DNA of 64,000 bases from an uncultured Candidatus Binatia bacterium (lineage in GTDB: Bacteria > Desulfobacterota > Binatia > UBA9968 > JAJDTQ01). Location of the stretch: assembly GCA_965219905.1 (NCBI GenBank), contig CBDCOS010000002.1, positions 2,076,625 to 2,140,624 of the forward strand. Direction: 5' to 3'. The notes beneath the pieces were generated by a model that searched no databases, was not told the DNA's origin, and was given only the letters and a program-made list of their open reading frames with translations. Of the stretch, positions 29,296-38,205 are shown piece after piece (position 1 is the stretch's first letter; each line of letters opens with the position of its first letter). A program made the translations under genes and the position numbers.

Positions 29296-30546
29296 ATGGT
29301 CGAGCGTTCGACATCGAGCTTTGGTCTGGTGGGAACCGATTGGCAGCAGCGCATCAACTGGAACCGCCTGCGCGAGTATCGCCTGAACCGGGCGCGGGAG
29401 GCCATGAAGACCGCCGGCCTGGGGGCCATGCTGGTGATGTACGACGAGAACGTGCGCTACGTCACCAGCACGGTGACACCCGGATGGTGCCGGCTCAAGC
29501 CCGGCCTGCGCTACGCGCTGCTGTGCGAGGGGGCGGAGCCGGTGCTGTTCGAGCAGGGCGACATCGGCACCCAGATCAACCGCCACTGCCCGTGGATCCC
29601 CAGGGACAACGTGCGCTACGCCTACTCGTGGATCAAGGGCGCCGTCGGCGGCGCGGCCGAGCAGCAGGTGACCAAGTTCACCCGGGCGATCCTGGACGAG
29701 ATGAAGAAGTACGGCGTGGACAAGGCGCCGCTAGGCGTCGACTTCATCGACCTCAACATGATCAACTCCTTCAACGCCCATGGCATTCAGTGGACCGACG
29801 GCATGTCGCCCATGGTCTCCGCCCGCGCCATCAAGAACATCGACGAGCTGGAGGCCATGCGCATCGTGGCCGCCATCTGCGACGCCTGCCACACCGCCAT
29901 CTCGCACTTCCTCGTCGCCGGCATGCAGGAGCATCAGATCACGGCCTTCGCCATGGAGTTCCTCTACAACATCCCCGGCATCGAGGACGTGGAGGACATC
30001 ATCGTGTCGTCCGGGCCCAATAGCTGGCCCAACTGGCGGCACTTCTCCGACCGCATCATCCAACCCGGAGACCTGGTCATCATCGACATGGCGGCGGTCA
30101 CCTGGAACGGCTACAAGAGCTGCATGTACCGCACCTACTGCGTCGGCAAGAAGCCCACCGACGAGCAGCGGCGGTACTACGACCTCGCCTACAGGTGGCT
30201 CTACGATGCCATCGACATGGTGCGGCCGGGGGCCACCACCAAGGACATCGCCGAGGTGTGGCCGTCGGCCAAGGACACGTGGGGCTACGAGGAAGAGGAC
30301 CAGGCGGCCGCCAACCTGTGGGGGCACGGCCTCGGCCTGGCCCAGTACGACACTCCGGTGGTGTCGCGCATCTACTCCCTGGACCACCCCGTGGTGATCG
30401 AGCCGGGCATGAGCTTCGCGCTGGAGACCCAGCACGGGAAGCCGCTCCAGTGGGGCGTCCGGCTGGAGGAGATGCTGGTGGTGACCGAAGAGGGACCTCA
30501 GGTCACCACGCAGTTCCCCATCGAGGAGATCACCGTCGTCGGTTGA
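29296..30546 (+). CDS. M24 family metallopeptidase (creatinase/Xaa-Pro aminopeptidase/ectoine hydrolase-like)
   Basis: 416 aa; creatinase-like N domain plus pita-bread C domain with metal-ligand pattern (D...D...H...E...E). Confidence 0.7.
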   Translation: MVERSTSSFGLVGTDWQQRINWNRLREYRLNRAREAMKTAGLGAMLVMYDENVRYVTSTVTPGWCRLKPGLRYALLCEGAEPVLFEQGDIGTQINRHCPWIPRDNVRYAYSWIKGAVGGAAEQQVTKFTRAILDEMKKYGVDKAPLGVDFIDLNMINSFNAHGIQWTDGMSPMVSARAIKNIDELEAMRIVAAICDACHTAISHFLVAGMQEHQITAFAMEFLYNIPGIEDVEDIIVSSGPNSWPNWRHFSDRIIQPGDLVIIDMAAVTWNGYKSCMYRTYCVGKKPTDEQRRYYDLAYRWLYDAIDMVRPGATTKDIAEVWPSAKDTWGYEEEDQAAANLWGHGLGLAQYDTPVVSRIYSLDHPVVIEPGMSFALETQHGKPLQWGVRLEEMLVVTEEGPQVTTQFPIEEITVVG

Positions 30547-30747
30547 CGGCGACCCCAACAACACACGCGCCAGGCGACTCCCTGCCCCGTGGTCATCAAC
30601 TTCGGCGGCATCGATTCCTGCAAGCCCGAGTGCCACGAGTACGACGAGGCGCTGCTGCGTCAGCGCCTTCGGCCTGCGTAACGTGGGCGAGCTGGCGGAA
30701 CTCTTTCCGTCCCTCCACGGACAGTTGGCAGCGTAGCCTTTTTGTGC

Positions 30748-30776
30748 TTGCAAAATTGCGCCGGGCGCATTAATAT
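30748..30776 (+). promoter_or_regulatory. candidate sigma70 promoter TTGCAA-N17-TAATAT preceded by T-rich tract
   Basis: Near-consensus hexamers with 17-nt spacer containing GCGCC-GGG-CGC palindrome-like element, about 50 nt upstream of ATG 30828 (RBS AAAGGAG). Confidence 0.5.
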
Positions 30777-30827
30777 ACACTCCTCACCTTAATTCGTACG
30801 AGCGTTCATTAGCAAAGGAGCAGGATC

Positions 30828-31943
30828 ATGTTGATAAAGAAGGAGAGGATCGACACCTTCGACGATTGGGTAGACGCGTTCCACCAGTGGCACACCGACA
30901 TCGGCTACCCCATGGAGCTCATCGGCGGCGACTACACCTTCGAGACCAAGCTCGACGACGTGGAGAGCAACGAGATCGAGTTCGGGGAGTATGCCGGAGG
31001 GCCCAAGTGGGAGAAGGTGACCGACATCCCCGACCAGCGGATTCAGGACGCCCTGGCCCACCTGATCGAGTTCCAGGGGGACACCGAGTTCGCCTCGGTG
31101 GAGCAGCAGACCAACCTGATCGAGCGCGCCCCCACCGACGTGGACCTGAAGAACCTGATCCGCATCAACCGCGAAGAGATGCGCCACGGCTGGCAGATGG
31201 CCTACGTGCTGGTGACGCAGTTCGGCGACTCCGGCAAGCGCCAGTCCCAGCGGCTGCTGGAGCGGCGCGCGTCCGAGGGGTCCCGTCTGCTGGATTCCTT
31301 CAACCAGCCCGTGAGGAACTGGCTGGACTTCTTCACCTACACGAGCTTCATCGACCGCGACGGCAAGTACCAGCTCAACATGCTCAGCCGCAGCGCCTTC
31401 GCGCCGCTGGGCCGCAGCACCCTGCCCATGCTCAAGGAGGAGGCGTACCACCTGGCCCAGGGGAACATCGGCCTCATGCGCATCGTCAAGGCCGGCAAGA
31501 TCCCCATGACCATGATCCAGAAGTACTTCAACAAGTGGATCTCCACCGCCTACGACCTGTTCGGGCAGGACGAGTCCAGCTCGGCCCACTGGGCCTATGT
31601 GTGGGGCCTCAAGGGGCGCTACGACGAGCACCTGTACGACGAGCCCGCGGACATGGACCGGCTGAACGAGCTGTCGCGCGAGACCTTCTTCAAGGAGGTG
31701 TCGGCGCTGGTGGACGCCTTGAATCACAACATCCCCGGCGACCAGCCCGAGCTGACGATTCCGAGCGACAAGTTCCGCCGCTACATCGGCAACTACGCCG
31801 GCCAGCCCTACAGCGTCGCCGGCGATCTGCTGTCCGACGAGGACTACCAGGAGCACCTGGCGGAGGTCATGCCCTCGGAAGCCGACGACGAGTACGTGAT
31901 CGGCCTGGAAAAGGAAGGCGGCTGGATCCTCGACCCGAGGTAA
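30828..31943 (+). CDS. ferritin-like diiron-carboxylate protein (two E-E-x-x-H motifs; PaaA/BoxB or acyl-ACP-desaturase-like oxygenase)
   Basis: 371 aa; REEMRHGW and KEEAYHLAQG about 95 residues apart, as in class I diiron oxygenases/desaturases; exact family not resolved. Confidence 0.5.
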   Translation: MLIKKERIDTFDDWVDAFHQWHTDIGYPMELIGGDYTFETKLDDVESNEIEFGEYAGGPKWEKVTDIPDQRIQDALAHLIEFQGDTEFASVEQQTNLIERAPTDVDLKNLIRINREEMRHGWQMAYVLVTQFGDSGKRQSQRLLERRASEGSRLLDSFNQPVRNWLDFFTYTSFIDRDGKYQLNMLSRSAFAPLGRSTLPMLKEEAYHLAQGNIGLMRIVKAGKIPMTMIQKYFNKWISTAYDLFGQDESSSAHWAYVWGLKGRYDEHLYDEPADMDRLNELSRETFFKEVSALVDALNHNIPGDQPELTIPSDKFRRYIGNYAGQPYSVAGDLLSDEDYQEHLAEVMPSEADDEYVIGLEKEGGWILDPR

Positions 31944-31979
31944 TCCAGGGAACGACGATATTCCGAACCCGGCGCGGGC

Positions 31980-33242
31980 CTACGACTCGACCTCGAGCCC
32001 GTAGGCCCGCGCCATCACGATGATGGGGTGCACCGGCTTTCTGCCGGTCCCCTGCTCCACCTGAACCGCCGACAGCGGACAGTCCGTCACCGTGCAGGCA
32101 TCGTCGGGCCGCATGAACTTGAACAGCGGCCGGCCCACCTGCATCGACGCCTCGAAGTTCTCCTTCTTGACGCTCCAGGTCCCGTCGTGCCCGCTGCAGC
32201 ATTGCATGCGGGAGACCTCCGTATCGGGGATGAGCTGCATCAGCTCCTGGGCCTTGAAGCCGATGTCCTGCGCCTTGAGATGGCACGGCTGGTGATAGCG
32301 GATCTTGCCGGCCGGCCGTGAGAAGCTCGCGTCCAGCTTGCCGGCCTCGCTGAGGCTCACCAGGTACTCCGACAGATCCAGCGTATTCTCGGCCACCAGC
32401 TTCGTATCGTCAGTGGGCAGCATGCGCGGGTAGTCCTGCTTGAGCATGTAGCTGCAGCTCGCGGTGGGCACCACGATCTTGTAGCCCTGTCGCACGGCCT
32501 CGCTGAGGCTCGCGACGTTGGCCTCGATCTTCTTCACCGCCTCGTCCAGCAGGCCCACGTCGATGAACGGCATGCCGCAGCACTGCTGCTCGGGGACGAC
32601 GCACTCGACCCCGTTCTTCTCCAGCACACCCACCGCCGCCTTGCCGATGTCGGGCTCGTTGTAGTTGACCGTGCAGGTGTAGAACAGCGCCGCCTTCTCC
32701 TCGCCGTTGCCCTTGGAGGCGGCCGGACGCTTGCGGTTCCACTTGGCGAAGGTCTGGCCGTGATACGTGGGCAGCAGCCGGTCGCGGTGCACCCCCAGGT
32801 ACTTCTCCATCAGGCGGCGCACGAACGGGGTCCGGTTGGCCCAGTTGACGAGCGGCGCCATGCAGCTCGCAAGCCGCCCGGCCCGATCGGTGTCGCCCAT
32901 CAGCCGGTCGGCCCAGCTCACGCCCTTGTCCCTGGCCTCCACGAGGGTGGCCCGCATCATGGTCCTGGGGAAGTCGATGTCCCACTCGTGGGGCGGGACG
33001 TAGGGACAGATGGGGTCGCACAGCTTGCACTGGTAGCACTGGTCCACCACCAGCTTCATCTGCTCGTCCTTGAGGGAAGTGGCGTCACCGAAGTTCTCGT
33101 CCATCATCTGGAACAGGCTCACGAAGGACGGACAGAGGGTGTGGCAAAGCGTGCAGCCGTAGCAGATGTCGAACACGCGATCGAGTTCCGTGCGCAAGGC
33201 ACCCTTGTCCCAGAACGCCGGCGATTTGGGCTCAAAGCTCAT
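31980..33242 (-). CDS. Fe-S oxidoreductase with 2x[4Fe-4S] ferredoxin motifs and two CCG domains (GlcF/GlpC/HdrD-like)
   Basis: 420 aa; CYGCTLCHTLCP and CYQCKLCDPICP plus two CCG motifs (QQCCGMP, MQCCSGHDG). Confidence 0.8.
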   Translation of the reverse strand: MSFEPKSPAFWDKGALRTELDRVFDICYGCTLCHTLCPSFVSLFQMMDENFGDATSLKDEQMKLVVDQCYQCKLCDPICPYVPPHEWDIDFPRTMMRATLVEARDKGVSWADRLMGDTDRAGRLASCMAPLVNWANRTPFVRRLMEKYLGVHRDRLLPTYHGQTFAKWNRKRPAASKGNGEEKAALFYTCTVNYNEPDIGKAAVGVLEKNGVECVVPEQQCCGMPFIDVGLLDEAVKKIEANVASLSEAVRQGYKIVVPTASCSYMLKQDYPRMLPTDDTKLVAENTLDLSEYLVSLSEAGKLDASFSRPAGKIRYHQPCHLKAQDIGFKAQELMQLIPDTEVSRMQCCSGHDGTWSVKKENFEASMQVGRPLFKFMRPDDACTVTDCPLSAVQVEQGTGRKPVHPIIVMARAYGLEVES

Positions 33243-33331
33243 GGGTGTGGTTTCCTCCTGTGTGATGTTGGCGTCGAAAAGGGATGGGAGGTGATCTTAA
33301 GGGTTTCATCCACGAAAAGTAAGAAACGACG

Positions 33332-33359
33332 CTAAATTTATGCCGGCGACTAAATTTAG
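33332..33359. promoter_or_regulatory. AT-rich perfect inverted repeat CTAAATTTA-N10-TAAATTTAG (candidate operator upstream of minus-strand Fe-S gene)
   Basis: Unusual AT-rich palindrome in a GC-rich intergenic region, 90-115 bp upstream of start at 33242. Confidence 0.35.
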
Positions 33360-33378
33360 TCAGCGCCCTAACCGGTTG

Positions 33379-34515
33379 TTAATCGAGTTGCTGCCGCAGG
33401 ATTCGGAAGATCAGCCCGTAGAACCGGCAGCACGACGGCAGGGTCGTCGTCACGAACTCGCGGATCGAGCGCACGGAGAGGCGGGCGTCGACGTGACTGA
33501 CGACCTTCAGGATGGCGACGTGGACGCGGCTCGGGTCGGGCAGCGCGTCCGCCAGCCGCAGGCTTTCGGTGGAGGGGATCAGCGGATCGGTGTCGCCGTG
33601 GCCGATGAGCACCGGCGCCGTGACGTGTAGGACCACCGGGCGCAGGGAGAGGCTCTCCAAGTAGTCCCGGACCGCGGGTTCGGTCGCCTCCATCAGACTC
33701 CGGACCCGGTCCGGATCCTGGTTGCGGATCAAATCGTACACGGCGCGTCCCGTTTCCGTAAGCCCATCCGGCGAGATCGCCGGCGCCTCCCCCTCCCATC
33801 GTTTGGCGCCCGCCGCGGCGTCCCGTTCCATGGCATCGAGCAACCCGGACAGCACCGCGCGATCCCCTTCCGCCGTCAGGTGGACCAGGAGGTTCTTGAC
33901 GAACACGTAGCGCGCGTAGATCTCCGGCGGCTCCACGTGCCGGTGGCCTCGATACTCGTCCCGGCCGGTGGTGAGGTAGCGGATTATATTGACCGTGTCG
34001 TAGTAGCCGCCGAAGGACACCACGAACTTCACCCGCTCCCGAATGGACGGGTCGGTAGCGGCCTTCAGGGTGGGACCGGCGGCGAAACTGATACCGAACA
34101 GGCCCGCGCGGGTCTCGTCCACCTCCTCCCGCGAGAGCATGAAGCGGAAGGACGCCGCGATGTCGCCGGACTCGTCCATATCCAGCCGAAGCGACTTGAG
34201 GCCGTCAAGCTCGGGCACCAGGACTGCGAACCCGCAAGCGGCCAGCTCGGTTGCCAACGCCACCAGACGCGGGTCGTCCTTGCCCGTTTCGAGCACCCCA
34301 TGAGTGACGAGCAGCCCGGGGCGGGGCCTGCCATCCGGCACGACATAGAGATCGGAGGGCATCCGCCGGTCGCCGGAAACGACAGTCAACGCACGCACGT
34401 CGGGCGTGTGCCTGCGCCAGGCTCGCAGGAGCTTCCGGAAGCCCTCGCCGAGCAACAGGTGGAGCAGCAGCGTCAGGCTCAGGAGCGCGATCCGGACGTA
34501 TGAAAGGATGAGCAA
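33379..34515 (-). CDS. membrane-anchored alpha/beta-hydrolase fold protein (function unknown)
   Basis: TTG start gives N-terminal TM helix LLILSYVRIALLSLTLLLHLLL; GxSxG-like GISFAAG; the ATG 34617 extension overlaps a hairpin and is low-complexity. Confidence 0.5.
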   Translation of the reverse strand: MLILSYVRIALLSLTLLLHLLLGEGFRKLLRAWRRHTPDVRALTVVSGDRRMPSDLYVVPDGRPRPGLLVTHGVLETGKDDPRLVALATELAACGFAVLVPELDGLKSLRLDMDESGDIAASFRFMLSREEVDETRAGLFGISFAAGPTLKAATDPSIRERVKFVVSFGGYYDTVNIIRYLTTGRDEYRGHRHVEPPEIYARYVFVKNLLVHLTAEGDRAVLSGLLDAMERDAAAGAKRWEGEAPAISPDGLTETGRAVYDLIRNQDPDRVRSLMEATEPAVRDYLESLSLRPVVLHVTAPVLIGHGDTDPLIPSTESLRLADALPDPSRVHVAILKVVSHVDARLSVRSIREFVTTTLPSCCRFYGLIFRILRQQLD

Positions 34516-34567
34516 GACCCGCCGGTGTGGTGTATCGTGGCGGCGACCGCAAAAGGTCGGGCCGGTT

Positions 34568-34597
34568 CCCGCGGCCGGCGTCGTAGCCGGCCGCGGG
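34568..34597. other. 12-bp-stem hairpin CCCGCGGCCGGC-gtcgta-GCCGGCCGCGGG between tandem minus-strand genes
   Basis: Seen in sequence; possible terminator (no T-tract) or REP-like structure. Confidence 0.35.
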
Positions 34598-34638
34598 AGC
34601 CCTGCCGCTGTTCCCACGGGTTCACGCGGGAAACACTG

Positions 34639-35757
34639 CTAATGGTGAGCGGCGTCGCCCTCCAGGGAGAGGTTGATGTGGTGGTGCGACTTGGACACCG
34701 GGCCGATGCCCTTGGCGAGGGTCGTCCAATGCTCGCCCTCGTCGTCGCTGTAGAAGACATCGCCGTCGGTGGTGCCGGCGAAGATGGCATAGCCGCCGTT
34801 CCAGGCGTCCATGCACATGCCCTCGATGTTGGCGCGGATGTGCTCGGGCAGCCCCTCGCCCAGGATGTCCCAGGTCTCGCCGCCGTCACGGCTGCGCGCC
34901 ACCCGGGCGTCCGCCGTGTGGAGCTTGCGCCACGTACCCGGGCCGGTCTTGGCGCCGGCCACGAACAGCAGCTTGGGATCCTGCGGGTGGACGAAGAACG
35001 GGTCCACGTAGCCGATGCGGAAGTCCCGCGGGGTCATGCTCTTCCAGGTGGCGCCGCCGTCGCCGCTCACGCAGAAGCCCGCCGTCACCTCCGGTCCGCA
35101 GTTGGTGGTGGGCGCCGTGCCATAGAGCTTGTCCGGGTCGTTGGACGGGATGAACACGCGGTGCGCGTCCGGGTTGATGTTCGGAATCGCGTCCCAGGTC
35201 CGGCCGCCGTCGGTGGTGCGCAGGAAGCCGCCCACCTCCACCGCCACGTGGATGATGTCGGGATCGGTGGGATGGAACGTGATGCTCTTGGCATGGGCCT
35301 GATGCGGCTCGGCCGGGAAGGTCCACTTCTCGACCCCGGGCACCTGGCGGAGCCCCGGCAGATCGGTCCAACTCTTTCCCAGATCATCACTGTAGTACAG
35401 GTACGCGGGCTGCGTACCGGCGTAGACCCTGGGCTTGCCGTCCACCAACTGGCTCCCCAGCGAGTAGATCTCCTTCTCGCCGATGCCGCTGTCCCGCTTC
35501 TCCCAGGTGCCGCCCTGGTCCTCGCTGGCGTAGATCTCGCAGCCGTAGGTGCCGACGAAGAGCGTTTCGGTCGTCGGCTCGAAGATAACCGAGCTGGCGT
35601 GCTTTCCGGGCAGGTGAACGCCGTCCTGCTGCCACGAGCCGTTGGCCCGGTGGAACGAGAAGACACCGTCAACGGTGCCCACCAACAACTTGTCGCAAGC
35701 GGTTTCGCCTTGGGTCAACAACTGGCCCCCGGGGGATAGACAAACGTACATGAGCAA
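34639..35757 (-). CDS. BNR/Asp-box repeat protein (sialidase-like or Ycf48-like beta-propeller)
   Basis: 372 aa; six S/D-x-D-x-G-x-T-W repeats (DQGGTW, DLGKSW, DGGRTW, DGGATW, DGGETW, DEGEHW). Confidence 0.7.
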   Translation of the reverse strand: MLMYVCLSPGGQLLTQGETACDKLLVGTVDGVFSFHRANGSWQQDGVHLPGKHASSVIFEPTTETLFVGTYGCEIYASEDQGGTWEKRDSGIGEKEIYSLGSQLVDGKPRVYAGTQPAYLYYSDDLGKSWTDLPGLRQVPGVEKWTFPAEPHQAHAKSITFHPTDPDIIHVAVEVGGFLRTTDGGRTWDAIPNINPDAHRVFIPSNDPDKLYGTAPTTNCGPEVTAGFCVSGDGGATWKSMTPRDFRIGYVDPFFVHPQDPKLLFVAGAKTGPGTWRKLHTADARVARSRDGGETWDILGEGLPEHIRANIEGMCMDAWNGGYAIFAGTTDGDVFYSDDEGEHWTTLAKGIGPVSKSHHHINLSLEGDAAHH

Positions 35758-35944
35758 GTCCTCCTTCGCGCTGAATCGGCTCCTACTCTACTCAAGGCCC
35801 CACCACTCCGTCAAGATACGCGGCAATGACGCGGGGTTGAATTTCCCCTCTCCTTGTTATTAGTTCTGTCAGCGAATGGGAACGCCCGACAGGTCGTCGC
35901 GGCGTGACGGAGTCGGATCCGCAAGAAGAAATCTCAAGGAGGAA

Positions 35945-36703
35945 ATGATGTACACGACCGACCAATACGAAGGCATGCTCGCGGAAACCATCACCATCCA
36001 GGGCAACAACGGCGACACCATCAACGCCTACTACGCGCGCCCGCTGGGCGCGGGCCCGTTCCCGGGCGTGGTGGCGATCCACCATCTACCCGGCTGGGAC
36101 GAGTGGTACCGTGAAGCGACGCGCCGGCTGGCGCACCACGGTTTCGCCACCATCTGCCCCGACCTTTATCACCGGGCCGGCGCCGGAACGCCGGAAGACG
36201 TGGCCGCCAAGATTCGGGCCGACGGCGGCGTGGCCGACGACCAGGTCGTGGGCGACCTGACGGGCGCCATGAACTATCTGCGCTCCATGCCCTACCACAA
36301 CGGCAAGGTGGGCATCTGGGGCACCTGCTCGGGCGGGCGCCATGCCTTTCTCACCGCCTGCCGCGCCAAGGGCTTCGACGCGGTGGTGGAGTGCTGGGGC
36401 GGCCGCGTGGTGGCGAGCGGAGACGACCTCACCGAGAAGCAGCCCGTCGCCCCCATCGACTACACCGCGGACCTGTCGTGCCCGATTCTGGGGATCTTCG
36501 GCAACGACGACAAGAGCCCCACGCCGGAGCAGGTGGACCAGCACGAAGCCGAGCTCAAGAAGCACGGCAAGGACTACGAGTTCCACCGCTACGACGGCGC
36601 CGGCCACGGCTTCTTCTACTACGACCGTCCCAATTACCGTCAGGAGCAGGCGGTGGACGGCTGGAAGAAGCTCCTCGACTTCTTCGGGAAGCAGCTCGGA
36701 TAA
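35945..36703 (+). CDS. dienelactone hydrolase family protein
   Basis: RBS AAGGAGG then ATGATG; DLH-like sequence with GxCxG nucleophile elbow (WGTCSGG, Cys nucleophile as in DLH). Confidence 0.75.
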   Translation: MMYTTDQYEGMLAETITIQGNNGDTINAYYARPLGAGPFPGVVAIHHLPGWDEWYREATRRLAHHGFATICPDLYHRAGAGTPEDVAAKIRADGGVADDQVVGDLTGAMNYLRSMPYHNGKVGIWGTCSGGRHAFLTACRAKGFDAVVECWGGRVVASGDDLTEKQPVAPIDYTADLSCPILGIFGNDDKSPTPEQVDQHEAELKKHGKDYEFHRYDGAGHGFFYYDRPNYRQEQAVDGWKKLLDFFGKQLG

Positions 36704-36730
36704 GGACCCGCGCCGCGAAAGGAGACGACC

Positions 36731-37051
36731 ATGTGCACCATGATCGCCAAAAAGGTCGAGATGGAGGGCAGCGGCAAGAACTCCGAGGACTGGTTCAAGG
36801 TCAACCAGGCCAACGTGGCCTATGACCACCCGTACCACGTCTTCCGGGAGCACTCCCTCAACATCGACTTCGTCAACGAGGCCGAGGGGCCGGGGGCGCG
36901 GGTGGCCGTGGAGTTGAGCGTCGATTCGGCCCGGAAGCTGGTGGACACCATCCTCAATGTGCTGAACGAGGCGGAAAAGGGTGGCTGGGTCGACGAGGAT
37001 GAAGGGCCGGAAGCTCACATGCCGCCGGTCAAGAGCTCGGGAACCCTGTAG
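36731..37051 (+). CDS. hypothetical protein (106 aa), co-transcribed with dienelactone hydrolase
   Basis: RBS GAAAGGAG then ATG 27 nt after DLH stop; acidic C-terminus; no family recognised. Confidence 0.45.
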   Translation: MCTMIAKKVEMEGSGKNSEDWFKVNQANVAYDHPYHVFREHSLNIDFVNEAEGPGARVAVELSVDSARKLVDTILNVLNEAEKGGWVDEDEGPEAHMPPVKSSGTL

Positions 37052-37080
37052 AGCGGTTCGCCGAAAGAACTGGTTTAACC

Positions 37081-37124
37081 GGGGTCAGCCTTCGTGCCCG
37101 CTCGAGGCACGCAGGCTGACCCCC
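37081..37124. terminator. compound hairpin GGGGTCAGCCT...AGGCTGACCCC (11-bp stem, inner GTGCC/GGCAC sub-stem) between convergent genes
   Basis: Seen in sequence; bidirectional terminator position. Confidence 0.55.
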
Positions 37125-37147
37125 GAATCCTTCCCTTACAACTACGA

Positions 37148-38179
37148 CTAGGCCGGCACGGCGGCGATCTCGCTCACCGGCACCCCATAGAAATCAGCGG
37201 CATTCCGGCACAGGATGCGGTGCTTGTTCTCCTCGGTGAGATCCTCGCGGTTGCGCAGCTTCTCCACCGAGTGGGGCCAGTCCGTGTCCCAGTGGGGGTT
37301 GTCGGATGAGTACAGCAGGCAGCGGTCGCCGACATGGCGGATGGCGTCGGGGATGGTGAGCTCCTCGCACTCCACGCCGAAGTAGCACCGGCCGCTCTTC
37401 ACGTACTCGCTGGGCGCGCGCGTGCACAGCGGCGCCTCCACGTCGCCCCGCTTCTCCCACTCCTCGTCCAGCCGGTCCATCCAGTAGGGCACCCAGCCGG
37501 CGCCCGATTCCAGGAACCCGACTTTCAGCCTGGGATAGCGCTCCAGCACGCCGCCGAAGATGAGTTGGGTCATGGCGATCATCTGCTCGAACGGATGGGT
37601 CACCGCGTGGATCGCCAGGAACTTGTCGAAGCGGTCGGTGCCGGCCGCGTCGCGCGGCTGGCTGTGGACCGCGACGGGCACGCCCAGCCGCTCCACCGCG
37701 GCATAGAACGGGTCCAGCTCCCGGTCCGAGAGCTTGCGCCAGGCCACGTAGGTAGGCACCTGCACGGCCACCATGCCCAGCTCCACCAGCCGCTCCAGCT
37801 CGTCCACCGCGCTCTCGACCTCCTGCAGCCCGACGATGCCCACGCCCTTGATGCGGTCCGGCGACGCGCTGCAGAATTCGTGGAGCCAATCGTTGTAGGC
37901 CGTGGCCAGGACGCGAGCCCGGGCCGGATCGCGCACGTTGCCGATACTAAGGCCCGCAGTCGGGAACAGCACCGCGGTGTCGATGCCCTCGGCGTCGATG
38001 TCCGCCAGCTCCCGCTCGGGGTCCGCTACCCGATGCCCCATGCGCCCCAGGTCGCGGTCCCAGCCGTCCTGGGGGAACAGCTCGCGCGCCGAGCTGTAGG
38101 GCGCCGGGATCCTTTCCCGGTACGCGGTCATGGGCTCGGTCAGGTGGCCGTCCGCGTCGATTACAGGATATCCGATCAT
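37148..38179 (-). CDS. amidohydrolase-2 family metal-dependent hydrolase/decarboxylase (ACMSD/LigJ/LigW-like TIM barrel)
   Basis: 343 aa from MIGYPVIDADGHLTEP (HxH-type N-terminal metal motif); the 477-aa track ORF N-terminus is a Gly/Arg artefact. Confidence 0.75.
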   Translation of the reverse strand: MIGYPVIDADGHLTEPMTAYRERIPAPYSSARELFPQDGWDRDLGRMGHRVADPERELADIDAEGIDTAVLFPTAGLSIGNVRDPARARVLATAYNDWLHEFCSASPDRIKGVGIVGLQEVESAVDELERLVELGMVAVQVPTYVAWRKLSDRELDPFYAAVERLGVPVAVHSQPRDAAGTDRFDKFLAIHAVTHPFEQMIAMTQLIFGGVLERYPRLKVGFLESGAGWVPYWMDRLDEEWEKRGDVEAPLCTRAPSEYVKSGRCYFGVECEELTIPDAIRHVGDRCLLYSSDNPHWDTDWPHSVEKLRNREDLTEENKHRILCRNAADFYGVPVSEIAAVPA

Positions 38180-38205
38180 GCGTCTTCCTCTTCGCGTCCG
38201 CTTTC

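Noticed and set aside
34516-34617. ATG 34617 start for the membrane alpha/beta hydrolase
   Set aside because: The 34-aa extension is low-complexity (GTAAGLPRPATTPAAGTGP) and overlaps a 12-bp-stem hairpin. TTG 34515 directly precedes the TM helix. Still uncertain.
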